Source of the DNA: Eledone cirrhosa
Taxonomy: Eukaryota
Assembly: GCA_964016885.1 (NCBI GenBank)
Contig: OZ024760.1
Span: 12,958,001-13,022,000, forward strand
Length of the DNA stretch: 64,000 nt
Reading direction: 5' to 3'
Under the pieces are notes generated by a model. The model was not told where the DNA came from. It did not search any database and saw nothing but the letters and a program-made list of their open reading frames with translations. The position numbers were made by a program, and so were the translations under genes. Every line of letters starts with the position of its first letter. Positions within the stretch are counted from its first letter, which is position 1. This document shows, piece by piece, positions 41,628 to 55,839 of this stretch.

Positions 41628-42460
41628 CATGATAGTACTAGGGACCCCCATTATTAAAACACAGAAGAAACCTCACACGAAAGATTTTATTGGGGGCCAG
41701 ATAAACCTATATATGTGTGTAAACTGTAACAACAACATGATAGTACTAGGGACCCTATCATTAAAACACCTTAGAAACCTCCCAGGAGATAATAACCTCG
41801 GAGGCCACACATGAGATTTCTGGGGGTTGCCCTGTCATTAAAACACCTTAGAAACCTTCCAGGAAATAATAACCTCAGAGGCCTCACATGGGAGTTCTGG
41901 GGGGGGGGGGGGTACCCTGTCGTTAAAACACCTTAGAAACCTCCCAGGAGAAAACCTCGAAGGAGGCTGGCTAAACCTACATAGGTGTGAACTGTAACAG
42001 CAACATGATAGGACTGGGGACTCCTATTGTTAAAACACCGAAGAAACTCCACTGGAAATAACAACCTCGGAAGCCACACATATGAGAGTGTTGCCATATC
42101 ATTAAAACACCCTTGAAACCTCACATGAAATAAAATCTTATTGGAGGTCACCCAAACCAATATAGGGGTGAACTGTAACAACAACAACATGATAGTACTG
42201 GGGTGTCCTATCATTAAAACATCGAAGAACCCTCCCACGAGTTTTAACCGCGAAGGAGACCGGTTAGACCTACATATGTGTGAAGTGGAACAACAACATG
42301 ATAAGATTGGGGACCCCTACCATGAAAACACACAAAGAACCTCATTGGAGGTCAGCTAAACCAACATATGTGTGAACTGTAACAACATGATAGGACTGGG
42401 GATCCCTCTAATTAAAACACACAAGAAACCTCACACGAGATAACTTCGAAGGAGACCGAG
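41628..42460. repeat. degenerate tandem array (~70-120-bp units)
   Basis: Recurring catgatagtactagggaccc..attaaaacac..gaaacctc..gtgaactgtaacaac. Confidence 0.8.
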
Positions 42461-43026
42461 TGGTGGCCGAGTGGTTATTCTGGATCTGCTTTTATTACAA
42501 TAGATATGAGATTTATAATCGTTACATCATTGTTTATTTTATAATAGCAGAAAAACGTAGTGAAAGCGTGTCTTACTGATTGGGGCCTACTGGGTTTACT
42601 ATCATAACATCGTGTGGACGACTGATATATTTGGTGTCCACTTCAATCACCTGAAATTCCGTCTTAGCTGTAGATGGGTTATTTATTTAGCTTATTTATA
42701 GGTAAGTGAAGCACACACTCCGAACTTCCTTCAACCCATACAAAGTAAGTACGTGAAGATGTATAATTTAAAACAACGTGCAGTGTTTCTACTAATAACA
42801 GCGTTGCTACTGTTGTTGTTTATCTCAAGTTTATTTCTCAAGTAGATTTCTAGCTAAAAGCGTTCCAGCCATGACAATTCTCTTTGTTTTGCTTTGTATC
42901 GTAAAATTATTCTTGATATTTTTGTATGTTTTAAATAAGGTATTGTGTGTGTATATTTGTATAAAACTTTATAAGTGTGTGTGTTTTTATATACATACGT
43001 AGTAGTAGTAGTAGTAGTAGTAGTAA

Positions 43027-43074
<48 letters not shown>

Positions 43075-43150
43075 AGCACTCAGTCCATGGGACGAGTTTG
43101 GTAGAAGTAGTTCCACAACAGTTAGTTCACTATTACCGAGGACAATTGTT

Positions 43151-43181
<31 letters not shown>

Positions 43182-43516
43182 GTGTATGAATATATATATA
43201 TATGTATATAAAAAAAATTGGAAATTCTCTGGATTTCCAATATTTGGAATGGTGAAACCGTCGGTAACAGCAATAGAACAGGTGATTATTTAAATCGTTT
43301 TTTACTTTATTTAGAAAATTGTTTGATAACCGCTTGCTCCGCTCTTTTTATATTGTTCTGGTATCTCAAATTAGTACCATCGAACCACAAATATTATAAA
43401 CACCTTGCATATTTCTACAAGTACTTAGTGCCTGTTGAAGTTTCATCCACTTTTATATATGTATATATGTATATATATATAAAAAAGAAAATTTCGCTCT
43501 ACATGGCTGAATACAT

Positions 43517-44017
43517 GTGATATGTTAGAGACCAGGTGATATGTTAGAGACCAGGTGATATATTAGAGACTAGATGAGAAGTTAGAGACTAGGTGATATG
43601 TTAAGACCAAGTGAGAAGTCAGAGACCAGGTGAGAAGTCAGAGACCAGGTGAGAAGTCAGAGACCAAGTGAGAAGTCAGAGACCAGGTAACAAGTCAGAG
43701 ACCAAGTGAGAAGTCAGAGACCAGGTAACAAGTCAGAGACTAGGTAATACGACAGAAACCAGGTGAGAAGCTAGAGACCAGGTGAGAAGCTAGAGACCAG
43801 GTGATAAGTCAGAGACCAGGTGATAAGTTAGAGACCAGGTGAGAAGTCAGAAACCAGGTAAGAAGTTAGAGACCAAGTGAGAAGTCAGAGACCAGGTAAG
43901 AAGTCAGAGACCAGGTGAGAAGTTAGAGACCAGGTGAGAAGTTAGAGACCAGGTGAGAAGTCAGAGACTAGGTAATACGACAGAAACCAGGTGAGAAGTT
44001 AGAGACCAGGTGAGAAG
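43517..44017. repeat. 19-bp minisatellite, ~26 units
   Basis: Unit gagaccaggtgagaagtca. Confidence 0.95.
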
Positions 44018-44601
44018 ACGTAATCACAACGAACTCTTTCGGATGTTTTAAGTTACGAGAAAATAAATCCCTTAATCCACTTACCCTAAAAAATACGTGG
44101 AATTATAAGCGAATTTGATGTCACTGTAGGGTAACTCTAACCCCTACCCCCTTTATATATATGTGTGTGTGTGTAAACAGTTCAGTGTAAACAAGAAGGT
44201 AAAAGAATGTAGACAGACAGACAGACAGACAGACACACACACACACACAGATATTGGTGCATTTAAATATCTGTACCTACATCTGAGTGTGTAGATATCA
44301 GCCGTTACTCTTGCTGCTGTTATTGTTGTTGTTACTGTTACTCCTCTTCTGATATATTATCTCCCAGACAAAATGGAGGATCAATTACCTGAGCCAGTAA
44401 TAGAACTGGTTAAGACTGGCTGCGATGGCGTTGAATTAGATTGTGGCTTTCAGATACTACCTTTGAATGATGATGATGATGATGGTTAAAATAAGATGAC
44501 ATACTGCTCTTACTACTGTCATACATACATAAACACACACGCAGATATATATATATATGTGTGTGTACAGACACAAATATACATACATACACACACAAAT
44601 A

Positions 44602-44638
<37 letters not shown>

Positions 44639-44759
44639 GTATGTGTGTGTATGTGTTTGTGTGTGTATATATATGCAGAGGAGGAGGGAGAGGGGTGGAA
44701 AGAGAGGGGGCAGGGAGAGAGAGAAGAGAGAGAAATCGCGCGAAGGAAAGAGAGGTGTA

Positions 44760-44862
<103 letters not shown>

Positions 44863-45200
44863 AACGAAGAAATTTACTTGATGTAGTTAGTGTCATCGAT
44901 AAATTTACAAATATGTCCATTTCTCCATTCCACTTTTAATATTTCGCATTCTTAGTTGCGTTTCCGGTGTGAACGCAGAAACATGCAGTAAAAACTGCTA
45001 ACCCCTTCGACAGGAAACCCCCTCAGACTTTTCTACGATATAAAAACTGTATATTCTATGGTGTTTATATTTATCTAAACAAATCTCTCATCACAATTTT
45101 ATGTAAGAACATTTGCTGTCTGAAGAATGAGGTCTGCGAGGCTGGTTGATGTAGCGGGTCTCGCTGGCCATTGTCTGTGGAAGCGCCGTTGCAGTTTTGC

Positions 45201-45535
45201 CCATGGCGGGTTGTACCAGTCCATGGTGGGTTGTCCCAGTCTATGGCGAGTAGTACCACTTCATGGCGGGTTGTACCAGTCCATGGTGGGTTGTACCAGT
45301 CTATGGTGGGTGGTACCAGTCCATGACAGGTGGTACCAGTCTATGGTGAGTTGTCCCAGTCCATGGTGGGTTGTACCAGTCCATGGCGGGTTGTACCAGT
45401 CCATGACAGGTGGTACCAGTCGTCCCAGTGAGTTGTCCCAGTCCATGGTGGGTTGTACCAGTCCATGGCGGGTTGTACCAGTCCATGACAGGTGGTACCA
45501 GTCGTCCCAGTGAGTTGTCCCAGTCCATGGTGGGT
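45201..45535. repeat. 20-bp minisatellite
   Basis: Unit ccatggtgggttgtaccagt. Confidence 0.93.
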
Positions 45536-46189
45536 GTATTGGCGGAATTTTAAGAACGCCGTCGTACAAACTCCTCGCGGTAACTGTTTCAGCACTTTTC
45601 ATTTTAAGGAGTTCAAATTCCGCCCAAGGAGTAAAATCCCACACCAAAGGCCAGGGTTAATCCCTCGAACACGTGACTACAACTAATTATGAAAGCTGCA
45701 ATGGGTTTGAACTAGATTGTGGCTTTCTGATACAGCCTTTGAACGATGATGACGATAACGATGATGATGATGATTACGATGACGATGATGATGATACAGG
45801 GATAATCATTTGACAACGGCACCACAACTAATTATGAAAGCTGTCATGGGTTGCTGAAGGAGGATTGTGTGGCTATCCCTTAACAGAAGTCGAACGAGGA
45901 TGAGGTTAATGAAAGGAAAACTGTGTCTGAAAAAAAAAGCTCTATGAACGCGAATTTAGAATGAATATTTTTGACAGTCATCCCTGCCCCCGAAAAAAAC
46001 AAAAACTCAGCTAACTAATAAATATACCATCTGCCAATAACATTTACATATGGCCGTGTAGAACTGGAGTAGAACGTCGAATACCTACATTTTACAGACC
46101 GTAAGATTAGAAATATTTTAAAAGAGCCACATCACGTATTACATAATAAGTTTAACAGTCAGTGACTTCACATTCCAATAGGAGAAGAT

Positions 46190-46400
46190 GGCAGGCAGCA
46201 AGACTCTGAACTTCTTGCAGTCTATCCTTATTCTAGCTATTATGTCTTCTGCAGTTACTGCCTATCTTTTACTGCCATGCAACATCGCACTTTGCACTCA
46301 GGCGTCATACAGTCGTCTTTTTGTATGTAGGAAGAAACATTTTGCGGTCAACAGTGGGAATTCGCCCCCTAAACTTCTTCCATCCTATCCTTATTCTCGT
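46190..46400 (-). mobile_element. RTE-like LINE internal fragment
   Basis: Reverse-complement frames read RIRIGWKKFR...KRRLYDA*VQSAMLHGS..AVTAED. Confidence 0.65.
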
Positions 46401-47489
46401 TAACAGTACACACATTATTATGAAATGTGCTGGTATCTGTGGTATATAAACACCAATTGAGGCCATTAATTAGTAGCTGTAGGTTGTAGAGGGCAGAGCC
46501 AGTTAAAACATTGTTTTATCTTTCTCGCCTCAAATGAAAACAAATTATGGCAAAAATAAAAAATAAAAAACAAAAAAGTACAAAAATTTCTCTGCAAATT
46601 ACACACACATACACACATACACTACCACACATACATACACTACTACATTCACATACACACACACACACTACCACATACAGACATACACATACCCCCCCCC
46701 CCCCCACACACACACATATACACACATATAAAACGTAAGATAAGGGGTGTGGTATTTTGCTGAGGTACCAGGATCTGGGATCAATTCCAGCTAAACCCTA
46801 TTGATGTGGTTGCTAGAAATAGCAGCCAAATGGTCCCCCATATACTCTCGGTTGTCGAATAATTCCCCTCCCTCCGCTTATTCATTTTTCAAATTGCTAC
46901 AAACCCCTCCCTACTTATTAAATTTTACTAATCTATTTCCGGCGAAATTTTATTTTAAGTTGTAGCATTCCTGCGACAATTTATTTTCTTTAGACATTAA
47001 AAAACATTATACATGACAAAAAGAGTACATCTCGTTAGAACCTAACTACTTATACAAGGACGGGGCCCCAGCATGGCCTCAGCCGGATGGCTGGAACAGG
47101 TAAAAGAGTAAACGAGTACAAGAGATCTCATGTGTTATAAAATAAATAGAATGGGTTGGAGGTCTCAATATGTAAACTAAACGACTAATTCCTCATTTGA
47201 ACATAGGTTTGCCTGATCAGGGGTGACATACGTCTTAAAACAACAACAACAACAATCCACAGTGATGCAACAACAACAACAACCCTACAAAGGCAGATAT
47301 GTCAGTAAGATGCCATTCATAAGTTTGTGAATGGAACATTGTACACAGTGTCTAAGGAAGAAGGTTGGCCACATTTAGAGATGACAAGATATATGTCATG
47401 TTTCATGAAATGACATTTACATTATTGATACCAGAACCGCTTCTCGTTCGACAATACAAAGCCAGTTGTATCAAAGTGTTTTTTTTACT

Positions 47490-47834
47490 TATCTAAAGAT
47501 CTTCCACGATAATTTTTAACTAAGAATCTTTGTTAAGTTATGCCCCAAACATCAGCTTAATAATGAGGAAGTCTTAAAATCCTTCAACATTCTTAATTAT
47601 GTTTGAAAATTATTTGAAAGTGACAGAGAGTCTTTCATTAGAAATATGGACATGAAAGGGATAACGTTTATCTGAAAAAAACCCATCTATTATAATTTTA
47701 TCTAAGAAACTTTATTAACGTATGTTCCAAACACAAGTTAAATAATGAGAAAGTACTAAACATCCCCCATATTTTAAATTATTTTGTAACTCACTGAGCG
47801 TCTTTCATCAGAGATATGGCAATGAAAGGGTTAG
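47490..47834. mobile_element. two tandem degenerate MITE ends terminating in aaagggataa / aaagggttag
   Basis: ~170-bp direct repeat with a piggyBac-like terminus. Confidence 0.4.
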
Positions 47835-48604
47835 TGATGATGTGAGGGTGTGAGGCCTAAAAGCTGTGCTTTGTTCCTTTGGCATGTGAAATGTCGGAAA
47901 TTGCTGCTTAACACAGACAGTGTTTTTATATAAGAAACATGAAGAATGGTTGTTGTTGTTGTTGTTGACTAGCAGAGCTAGGTCCTCAGTCGGTTTCAAC
48001 AAAGAAAACAAGACCGTACAACGAAAAAATATATTAGTTTGACGCTTAGCGTTTCGAACGTTAGTCTTTCATCAAAAGACAGAATGAGAAATTTAAAAAA
48101 AAAGAAGAAATAGAAAGATAGACGAGAATGAGAAGATAACCACCCCCCCCCCCAAAAAAAAACATGATGAAGGGGCAGAGAAGGCCCGTGTGTGTTTATA
48201 CATAAGGGAATGTTTATACATACATCTGCACCGATTTGAATTTAAAAAAAAGGGAAGTAAGACTAAAAAGTATTCCACCAACAGGAAATGGGAAATCACA
48301 CCTTAGCAACTGAGTTGAATTATTAGAATACCAAAGAAAACTGAAATTGTGAAAACAATTTTTTCATTGTCAGCAAAAGTTAGCAAAAAAATTAATTTTC
48401 TCAGTCAAAAGTTGATTTCATATTTATTTATTTATTCATTTTAAAGTTTTAAAAAATGTTCTTTTTATTTCATTTAATTATATTTTCTTTTTTTTTTTTC
48501 AAATATAAATTTGTAATTAATCTAACCAAGTTTACGTTATCTCTCTTCTCATCCTTCCCCTCTCTCTCTCTCTCTCTCTTTCTCTCGATTATATATATAT
48601 ATAT

Positions 48605-48637
<33 letters not shown>

Positions 48638-48754
48638 GAAGCGAGAGAGAGAGAGAGAATCCCGACAACGGTGCCAAGCAGTTTCGGCCTGTGGTCTCTT
48701 CGGTCTCAACACCGCAAACTCTCCCTTTCTCTCTCAATCAACATCCCTCTCTCT

Positions 48755-48858
<104 letters not shown>

Positions 48859-48959
48859 CAGTGTATACATACATACATACATACATATATATATATACAC
48901 ACACACACACTTTGAAAAATAAAACCAAACACTGCTAACTATATCATATTATAATCTAC

Positions 48960-49105
48960 AGCATAGAGTTACGGCCCTTTACGTTCTGAGTTCAAATCCC
49001 GCCAAGGTTAACTTTGCCTTCCATCCTTACGGCGTCGATAAAATAAAGCACCAGTAATGTACTGGGTAATTGTTAGCCTTGTGCCAATAGTAGAAACAAT
49101 TATTA
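48960..49105 (+). mobile_element. tRNA-derived SINE
   Basis: Matches 28935-29080. Confidence 0.72.
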
Positions 49106-49155
49106 TTTACATATTTCATCTTAAATATTGGGTACTCAATATTATTACTTTATAC

Positions 49156-49208
<53 letters not shown>

Positions 49209-49210
49209 AT

Positions 49211-49623
49211 GGGATAACAAGTTATCGTTATAGGTAATCCAGTTAGAGGTTGTGAGTACTCTGCGTCGTGGATAGTTTTAACGTACGGCTTTGTTTGACT
49301 CAACAAGATGCTTCCATAGTTAGGCAGCGAGTTCGCGGTAATTTCTATGCAGGTTTTACTTGGAGTAATAATAGTTAAAGAATGAAGAGTAACATGGTTG
49401 GCTGTACAATAAGGGGCTTTATTTAAAGTACTGACAATTGTTTCGTTGATCAGGTGAGTCTAGAGTTCGCTAATCGCTTGAGGTTGCGTGATAATGTATT
49501 GGAGATCGAATGACGCAACGTCAAGCAATTAGCGAACTCTAGACTCACCTGATCAACGAAACAATTGTCAGTACTTTAAATAAAGCCCTTATTGTACAGC
49601 CAACCATGTTACTCTTCATTCTT

Positions 49624-49630
<7 letters not shown>
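49211..49630 (-). mobile_element. family-L fold-back element
   Basis: Palindrome 49371-49630 whose arms contain GAAAC-aatt-GTC; unique tail to 49211; (TA)n flanks. Confidence 0.72.
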
Positions 49631-49685
<55 letters not shown>

Positions 49686-49967
49686 GTCATGATGATAATG
49701 AGAATGGTGATGATGATGCTATATGCATATGAAAAATGTATGCAAAAGCGATATATTTTGAAGATATGATGAAGTTAAGAAAACATTCTTTGGATTGCTT
49801 ATATAAAGCAGGAGATAAAGAGATAATGAGAGAGGGGAAGAGGGGGCAGAGAGAGGGGGAGAGGAGTGAAAGAGAGATATTGAAAGATAGAGAGAGAGAT
49901 AAGGAAATTGTGAGAGAGGGGTGAGGCAGGGGATGAGGGAGGGGAGTGAAAGAGGCATCGGGAGAGA

Positions 49968-50003
<36 letters not shown>

Positions 50004-50177
50004 TAGAGGAGATGGTGGCGTGGTGAGTGTGGTGTGGTGATATGGTGGGAGAGCGTGTGGTGGTGAGGGTGGTGTGGTGGTATGGTGAGAGAGCTGGTGG
50101 TGATGGTGGAGTAATATATATTTCTTGTCAGCATCATTCATCTATCTTTCAAAATACCTCAGCTAACAATTCTTCAT

Positions 50178-50520
50178 TTGCCATGTCTAATCTCAAGCGT
50201 GAACCTCCTCTACAGCTGGAATGGCTGCTCTTCCAGCGAGTTTACCCCCCCCCCTCCGGGGAAACGCCTTCTCCATTCTGTCCGATGAGACAAAGATACG
50301 GACTAACCCTTAAATGAGAGCGAAGTTGATTGTGTCCTTGGCCCTAGGACCACCTCCCTACTCTCCACCATCGGCACAGAGTTAGCTACCCGCAGATGTG
50401 AGCCTCGCGAGTTGTAATGGCTCTTTCAACACATCTACCTCACCATCCTCCGGGGTAACCCCTTCTCTAATCTGTCTGCCGGGGCCGTGGAGTGGCCCCC
50501 GTTTGCTCATAGTAATGAGA
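50178..50520 (+). mobile_element. CRE-like element 3' fragments (two partial copies)
   Basis: Nucleotide match to 32735-32935. Confidence 0.62.
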
Positions 50521-50950
50521 GATGGGAGAGTGGAAGAGACGGAGGCAGTGACAGTTGGAGTTTGGTTCCTTTGTGTTTGGACCTGGTGTACATGTACAAA
50601 CACAAACACACACTCACACCGAGGCAATCAATATGCCCTCGTCTCAATGTCGGTTCGGTTGTTTGCCATCTTTGTTGACTAAAGCCAGATGAGTGTGTCC
50701 TAATTGCTTGACAGAGCGAGATTGGGTCACTATTGAGTAACGGTCATTACAGTTAGGTCATAATTGTTAATTGTTCGAAGTGAGGAAAGAGAGAGAGAGT
50801 GGAGAGATGAGGATGGAGAGGAGGGGAGACAGGAGGGTGGGGGTTAGGTGATTTATCATACAAACAGAAAGATCGTTGTGCACCAATTTACACACATACT
50901 CCCGCACATACATCTTTCTCTTTATCTCTCTCTCTCTCTTTCTCTCTCCA

Positions 50951-50985
<35 letters not shown>

Positions 50986-51004
50986 GTATGTGTGTGTGTA
51001 TGTA

Positions 51005-51048
<44 letters not shown>

Positions 51049-51097
51049 GCATACACATATATCATCACCGTTTAACGTCTATTTTCCATGTTTGCGT

Positions 51098-51186
<89 letters not shown>

Positions 51187-51280
51187 TTGTATATAAAAAG
51201 GTAAACAGAAGTAACAAAACAAACGTCACAGTACATGGAATAAATATATTAGTTTAATGCTTGATATAGTAGGAAGAGAG

Positions 51281-51316
51281 TCTTAACGTTTCGGACAGTA
51301 TTCCTTCATCAGAAGA
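51281..51316 (-). ncRNA. minimal hammerhead motif (family D)
   Basis: Reverse complement: tctt-CTGATGA-aggaatactgtcc-GAAAC-GTT-aaga. Same downstream tail as 10241-10321. Confidence 0.62.
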
Positions 51317-51542
51317 TAGAGTTAGAAATAGAAGATAAATAGAAAGTAAAGAGTGGTGAGAAGAAGGAACGGGGAAAATAAGGGAAAAGTGTGGAGAAAA
51401 AAACACACACATGTGTATTCAGTCGGCCATCTTGAAGAGTTATTTAAATAAAGTGATGTGACTATCGTAGCTTGGTTAGGTAAAGATGAGGTTGGAGAGA
51501 TGCTGAGAGGATTGGATGCAAATAGGGATAAGCCTTTGGGAA

Positions 51543-51591
<49 letters not shown>

Positions 51592-52629
51592 GTATATATA
51601 TATATATATACACTTCTACATCATGTTGTAGAAGTGGGTTAAGTGAACACCTGGGGTTAAATCTGTGTTGAAGTTTGAATACTGTGTGTGTCTGTAAGTA
51701 TGTGTGTGTGTGTTGTGTGTGTGTTGTGTGTATGTTGTGTGTGTGTTGTGTGTGAGTTTGCGAGAATTAAACTCAACTGTTGCATGTGTTTTTATTGGCA
51801 GCCTGACCTCCCAATGTGTGCGAGCATATATATATATATATATATGAATATATGTATATATATATATACACACATATATATACACTGACAAATAATATAC
51901 ACATGTGTGTATAAGTCAATGCATTAACAAAATGCAACTGCTGTTGAAGCGGTTGTTTTTCTTTTATTCAAAAGAATGAAAGAAGCAGACGATAATGATA
52001 AAAAAAAATGGCGGCGTGGCGATGGAAGGTGGTGGGTGGGCTGGAACGAATGAATAAATAGAGAAAGATAAGGCGGAAAAAATGAGTGAGAGACGAAGGA
52101 GAGCGGAATATAAAATGGAACTTGCCATTTTGTTTGAGTTTCAAAAAGTTTTTAACGCAAATATTTTCATAGCCTAAATCTTGTGAGGGTTTTTTTTTGT
52201 TGCCTTTTAACATGGAGAACGTTTGTCTGTACAACGTGATAGAATCATGTTTACAAGTTTGTCGTCGATGGCGACGGATATAAGAAGGATTAAATACACA
52301 AATAATTAAATAAATAATTTTGAAAAAATAAAGACGAAGAAATAAAAATGAAAGAAAAAAACCTCACAAAAAAAAAATGGTTATTTTGAATAAATAATGA
52401 GTAAGTGAATTCGGTTAATGGAAATTATGCGGAAGCCCATCAAATGTATGTACGTGTGTCTCTGTGTGTGTGTATATATATATATATATATACACTTTAT
52501 CGTCCTCTGTTCTTCAGGAGCAAAAAACTAGCTTTCTTAAAAATTCTGTGTGTATATATATATACAGAGGAGACTGAGGTTAGCTGGACATGCTCACCGA
52601 CATCCAGAGTTGACACTGCACTCAGTGCT

Positions 52630-52806
52630 CATGTGGGAGCCCCTGCATGGACACACTCGAAGAGGAAGACCGAGGTTAACATATGTTGATGCCTTGAGGA
52701 CAGACACTGGTCTGTTGGAGACGTAGGACATGGCAGCAATGATGAGGGACAGAGACCGCTGGAGAGAACTCGTCCATGGATCTCGGGAATTTTACCCGCT
52801 CTAGAT
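52630..52806 (+). mobile_element. RTE-like LINE 3' end (same family as 9565-9775)
   Basis: Nucleotide match to the reverse complement of 9586-9755. Confidence 0.72.
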
Positions 52807-52812
52807 GAGATG

Positions 52813-52846
<34 letters not shown>

Positions 52847-52954
52847 ACACAATTTTTAAGAAAGCTAGTTTTTTGCTCCTGAAGAACAGAGGACGATAAA
52901 GTGCATCAAGCTTATTTCATCTTACCAATGAAAATAGCAAAGTATTACACTATA

Positions 52955-53058
<104 letters not shown>

Positions 53059-53073
53059 GAGTGAGTGTGTATA

Positions 53074-53264
53074 CGAGGAGGTGCAGAAAACTTCCTGGTT
53101 TGGGGTAAATACAAGAGAACCGGTTAATTATGATTTTATTCAACAAATTCACTTCTCAGAGGTCCTTCAGTTTTTATAAGCCCTGTAAAAAGAACTCGGA
53201 AGGTTGGGCCTCCAACCAGGCCTCTTAAGTACCCTTAAAGCCAGGAACTTTTCAGCACCTCTCG
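53074..53264. mobile_element. mariner-like MITE
   Basis: TA|cgaggaggtgcagaaaacttcctgg ... ccaggaacttttcagcacctctcg|TA: terminal inverted repeats with TA flanks. Confidence 0.8.
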
Positions 53265-54590
53265 TATATATATATATATATATATATATATAAGAGGTGC
53301 ATGTATGTAGGCGATTTTTGTATATATCCGTGTCTGTTTTATTTAGATTTACTAGTGTAAACATACATGATGAGTTGTGTAATTTTACGTGAAAACCTTT
53401 GAAACGTTAAGTTATACCACCAATAAAGAAAGGACCCGTAAAATTAATCTGTAATAGTTTATCTATATAAATTCTTTTTCAGATAAATCTTCATCTAGAG
53501 ACACAATTTATCTATGATTTACCTACAGACACAATTTCTCTCCAATTTCTCTACAGACAATTTCTCTCCATTTTCATCTACAGACATAATATCTCTCCAT
53601 TTTCTCTAAAGACAATTTCTCTTCAGTTTCTCTACAGACAGAAATCGCCTACAGTTAACTACCATTCATCGTTGCATTAACAGGCGGCTGTTGCCTCGTT
53701 CAAACAACTGGAACACTCGTCATCAGCATCGACGGAGATCCAAAACACACAGAATAAAGACGGATGGTGTATTACAATAGGCATCCCCATATTTCTTTCC
53801 TTATCTTAACCATTTGCCTCCCGTTGTCTTTTTTTGTTATTCTGGAAACTGTTTCATGTCAAAAATAGCTACAGTTCTCCATATAACTGAGTGCAGGGCA
53901 TATGTACAATTTTATCGTCTGTGAAAATCTGTTTCGTGTTGAAAATAACTATTAGTTCTCCATATAATTAAGTGCAAGGCATATGTACAATTTTATCGTC
54001 TGCGAAAATATAAGTGTTATTTTATTAATGATGTTATGAGAGGGCGGTGGATTAATAGAGCTTCTTCTTCTTCTTCTTCTTCTTCTTCGCCCACTTATTC
54101 CTGAGAGAGTCGTGGGTGGAGGGAAGGGGTCAGAGTCCTCAAACACTCCTTCCAGCGGGTCCTATCAAAAGCAACCGCCTCCAACTGATCTGGCTGGATC
54201 CCAAGGTTAGCCCCACCCCACAAGCTCATGGATGTTATCCAACCATTTTGCCCAGGGTCTACCCCTGGACAAAATGGTGGTTGGTTTTTACCTGTAAAAT
54301 CTGTCCAGCGATTCTTTCCTGAGACATGCTAACCACATACCCATAGTCTCGGTGTATGTGTATGTATGTGTGTTATGTGTGTGTATGTGTCTATATATAT
54401 GTGTATAAGTGTGTGTGTTATTTTTTACCCGTGGGTAATAAACAACCACCTTCAATCTTTCTAATAAACCTCGTTACATCCTTTGAGGTCTTAAGTTTTA
54501 TCTTTCTTTTTTATTTTATTTTCCAGGTAAGTGTTAATGTATCCTAACTATCACCCCCAAGGTCCCTTGAGGAAACGTAAGTAAATACAC

Positions 54591-54660
<70 letters not shown>

Positions 54661-54829
54661 GTATGTGTGTGTGTGTGTGTGTGTGTTTGCGTGTGCGTGT
54701 GCGTGTGTGTGTAAGTAAAAGAGTGTGTGTGCATGTAAGTACGAAGGCATGAGCAAAAGTATGTTAATATAAGGGTGTGTATGTGTGTATACAGAGCTGT
54801 GAAGGTAAAAGTGGAGTGAGCATATATAT

Positions 54830-54984
54830 AACGAAGGAAGTCTGGTAAGGAACCAGGTGGTCCATAATGCACCAGAGTACTCGATACTTTGGGTAGTAGA
54901 GTGGGTAATAGGAAAAGAGTCAGGACCCCGACGGCTGAGCTCCGGCCGTTTCGACAGCTAGTTCTGAACTCGCTGTCGAAACGG
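54830..54984 (-). mobile_element. family-A element with short fold-back
   Basis: ccgtttcgacagctagttctgaactcgctgtcgaaacgg at the junction. Confidence 0.7.
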
Positions 54985-55705
54985 ATATATATATATATAT
55001 ATATTGTTATATTTGGGGGGGAGGGTCATATTGTTGTAATAATATTGCCAGAAATAATAACAGAACACACTCACTGTTTGGTTGGTTTTCACTTCTGTAT
55101 CTTTTATATCTCCATAGTTAATTTATTTGGTAATCAATGTTTATCATTGACTGACCAACGGTTAAAAATACAGATATAAATATATATATATATATATAGT
55201 CTATCAAAGTTCTTTCGCTGCACATCTGCAACATCATCAATGGTACTATTATTATGTTCCCTCCTATTGTATTGTATTGTAATGTCTACGCCATTATATA
55301 TATATATCGTCTGCTACCAATGATATTGTTGTGTCTAATAATAATATAAATTAAAAGAGGATGTTATCAACAGACTGGATAGAAGAGACAAGGCTGGATA
55401 TAAAAGCCTTGATTCCGTTAATGGCAAAGAAAGTCTTTGAAACCATCTTTGAAACCATCCACTGGAATTACTAAATAGCTGTAAATACGGTCCACATACC
55501 TCCATACTTTGATCTTGAAAGAAGCAAGTGTTGGATGTAATGCTTCTGTGGTATGTAAATATGACTGATGTGTCTTTGTAAATGGGAACAAGAATTCAAA
55601 ATAAGCTCTTTAGATGAACATATGATAAAGACTAACTTGTGTTATTGTTGCGGAGAAAGAATTATTAACATTAGGCGGAAATACACTCCACGCACGCGTA
55701 AACAT

Positions 55706-55758
<53 letters not shown>

Positions 55759-55768
55759 ACACTTTATA

Positions 55769-55839
<71 letters not shown>

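Noticed and set aside
42573-44446. Possible minus-strand exons (42667-42573 AKTEFQVIEVDTK...NQ*, ~44125-44087, ~44446-44389)
   Set aside because: Acceptors are weak, phases do not give a unique model, there is no recognisable domain, and part of the sequence is repeated at 45707-45750. RNA-seq is needed.
46188-46403. 71-aa ORF with an apparent signal peptide (MAGSKTLNFLQSILILAIMSSAVTA)
   Set aside because: The opposite strand is a recognisable RTE-like LINE fragment.
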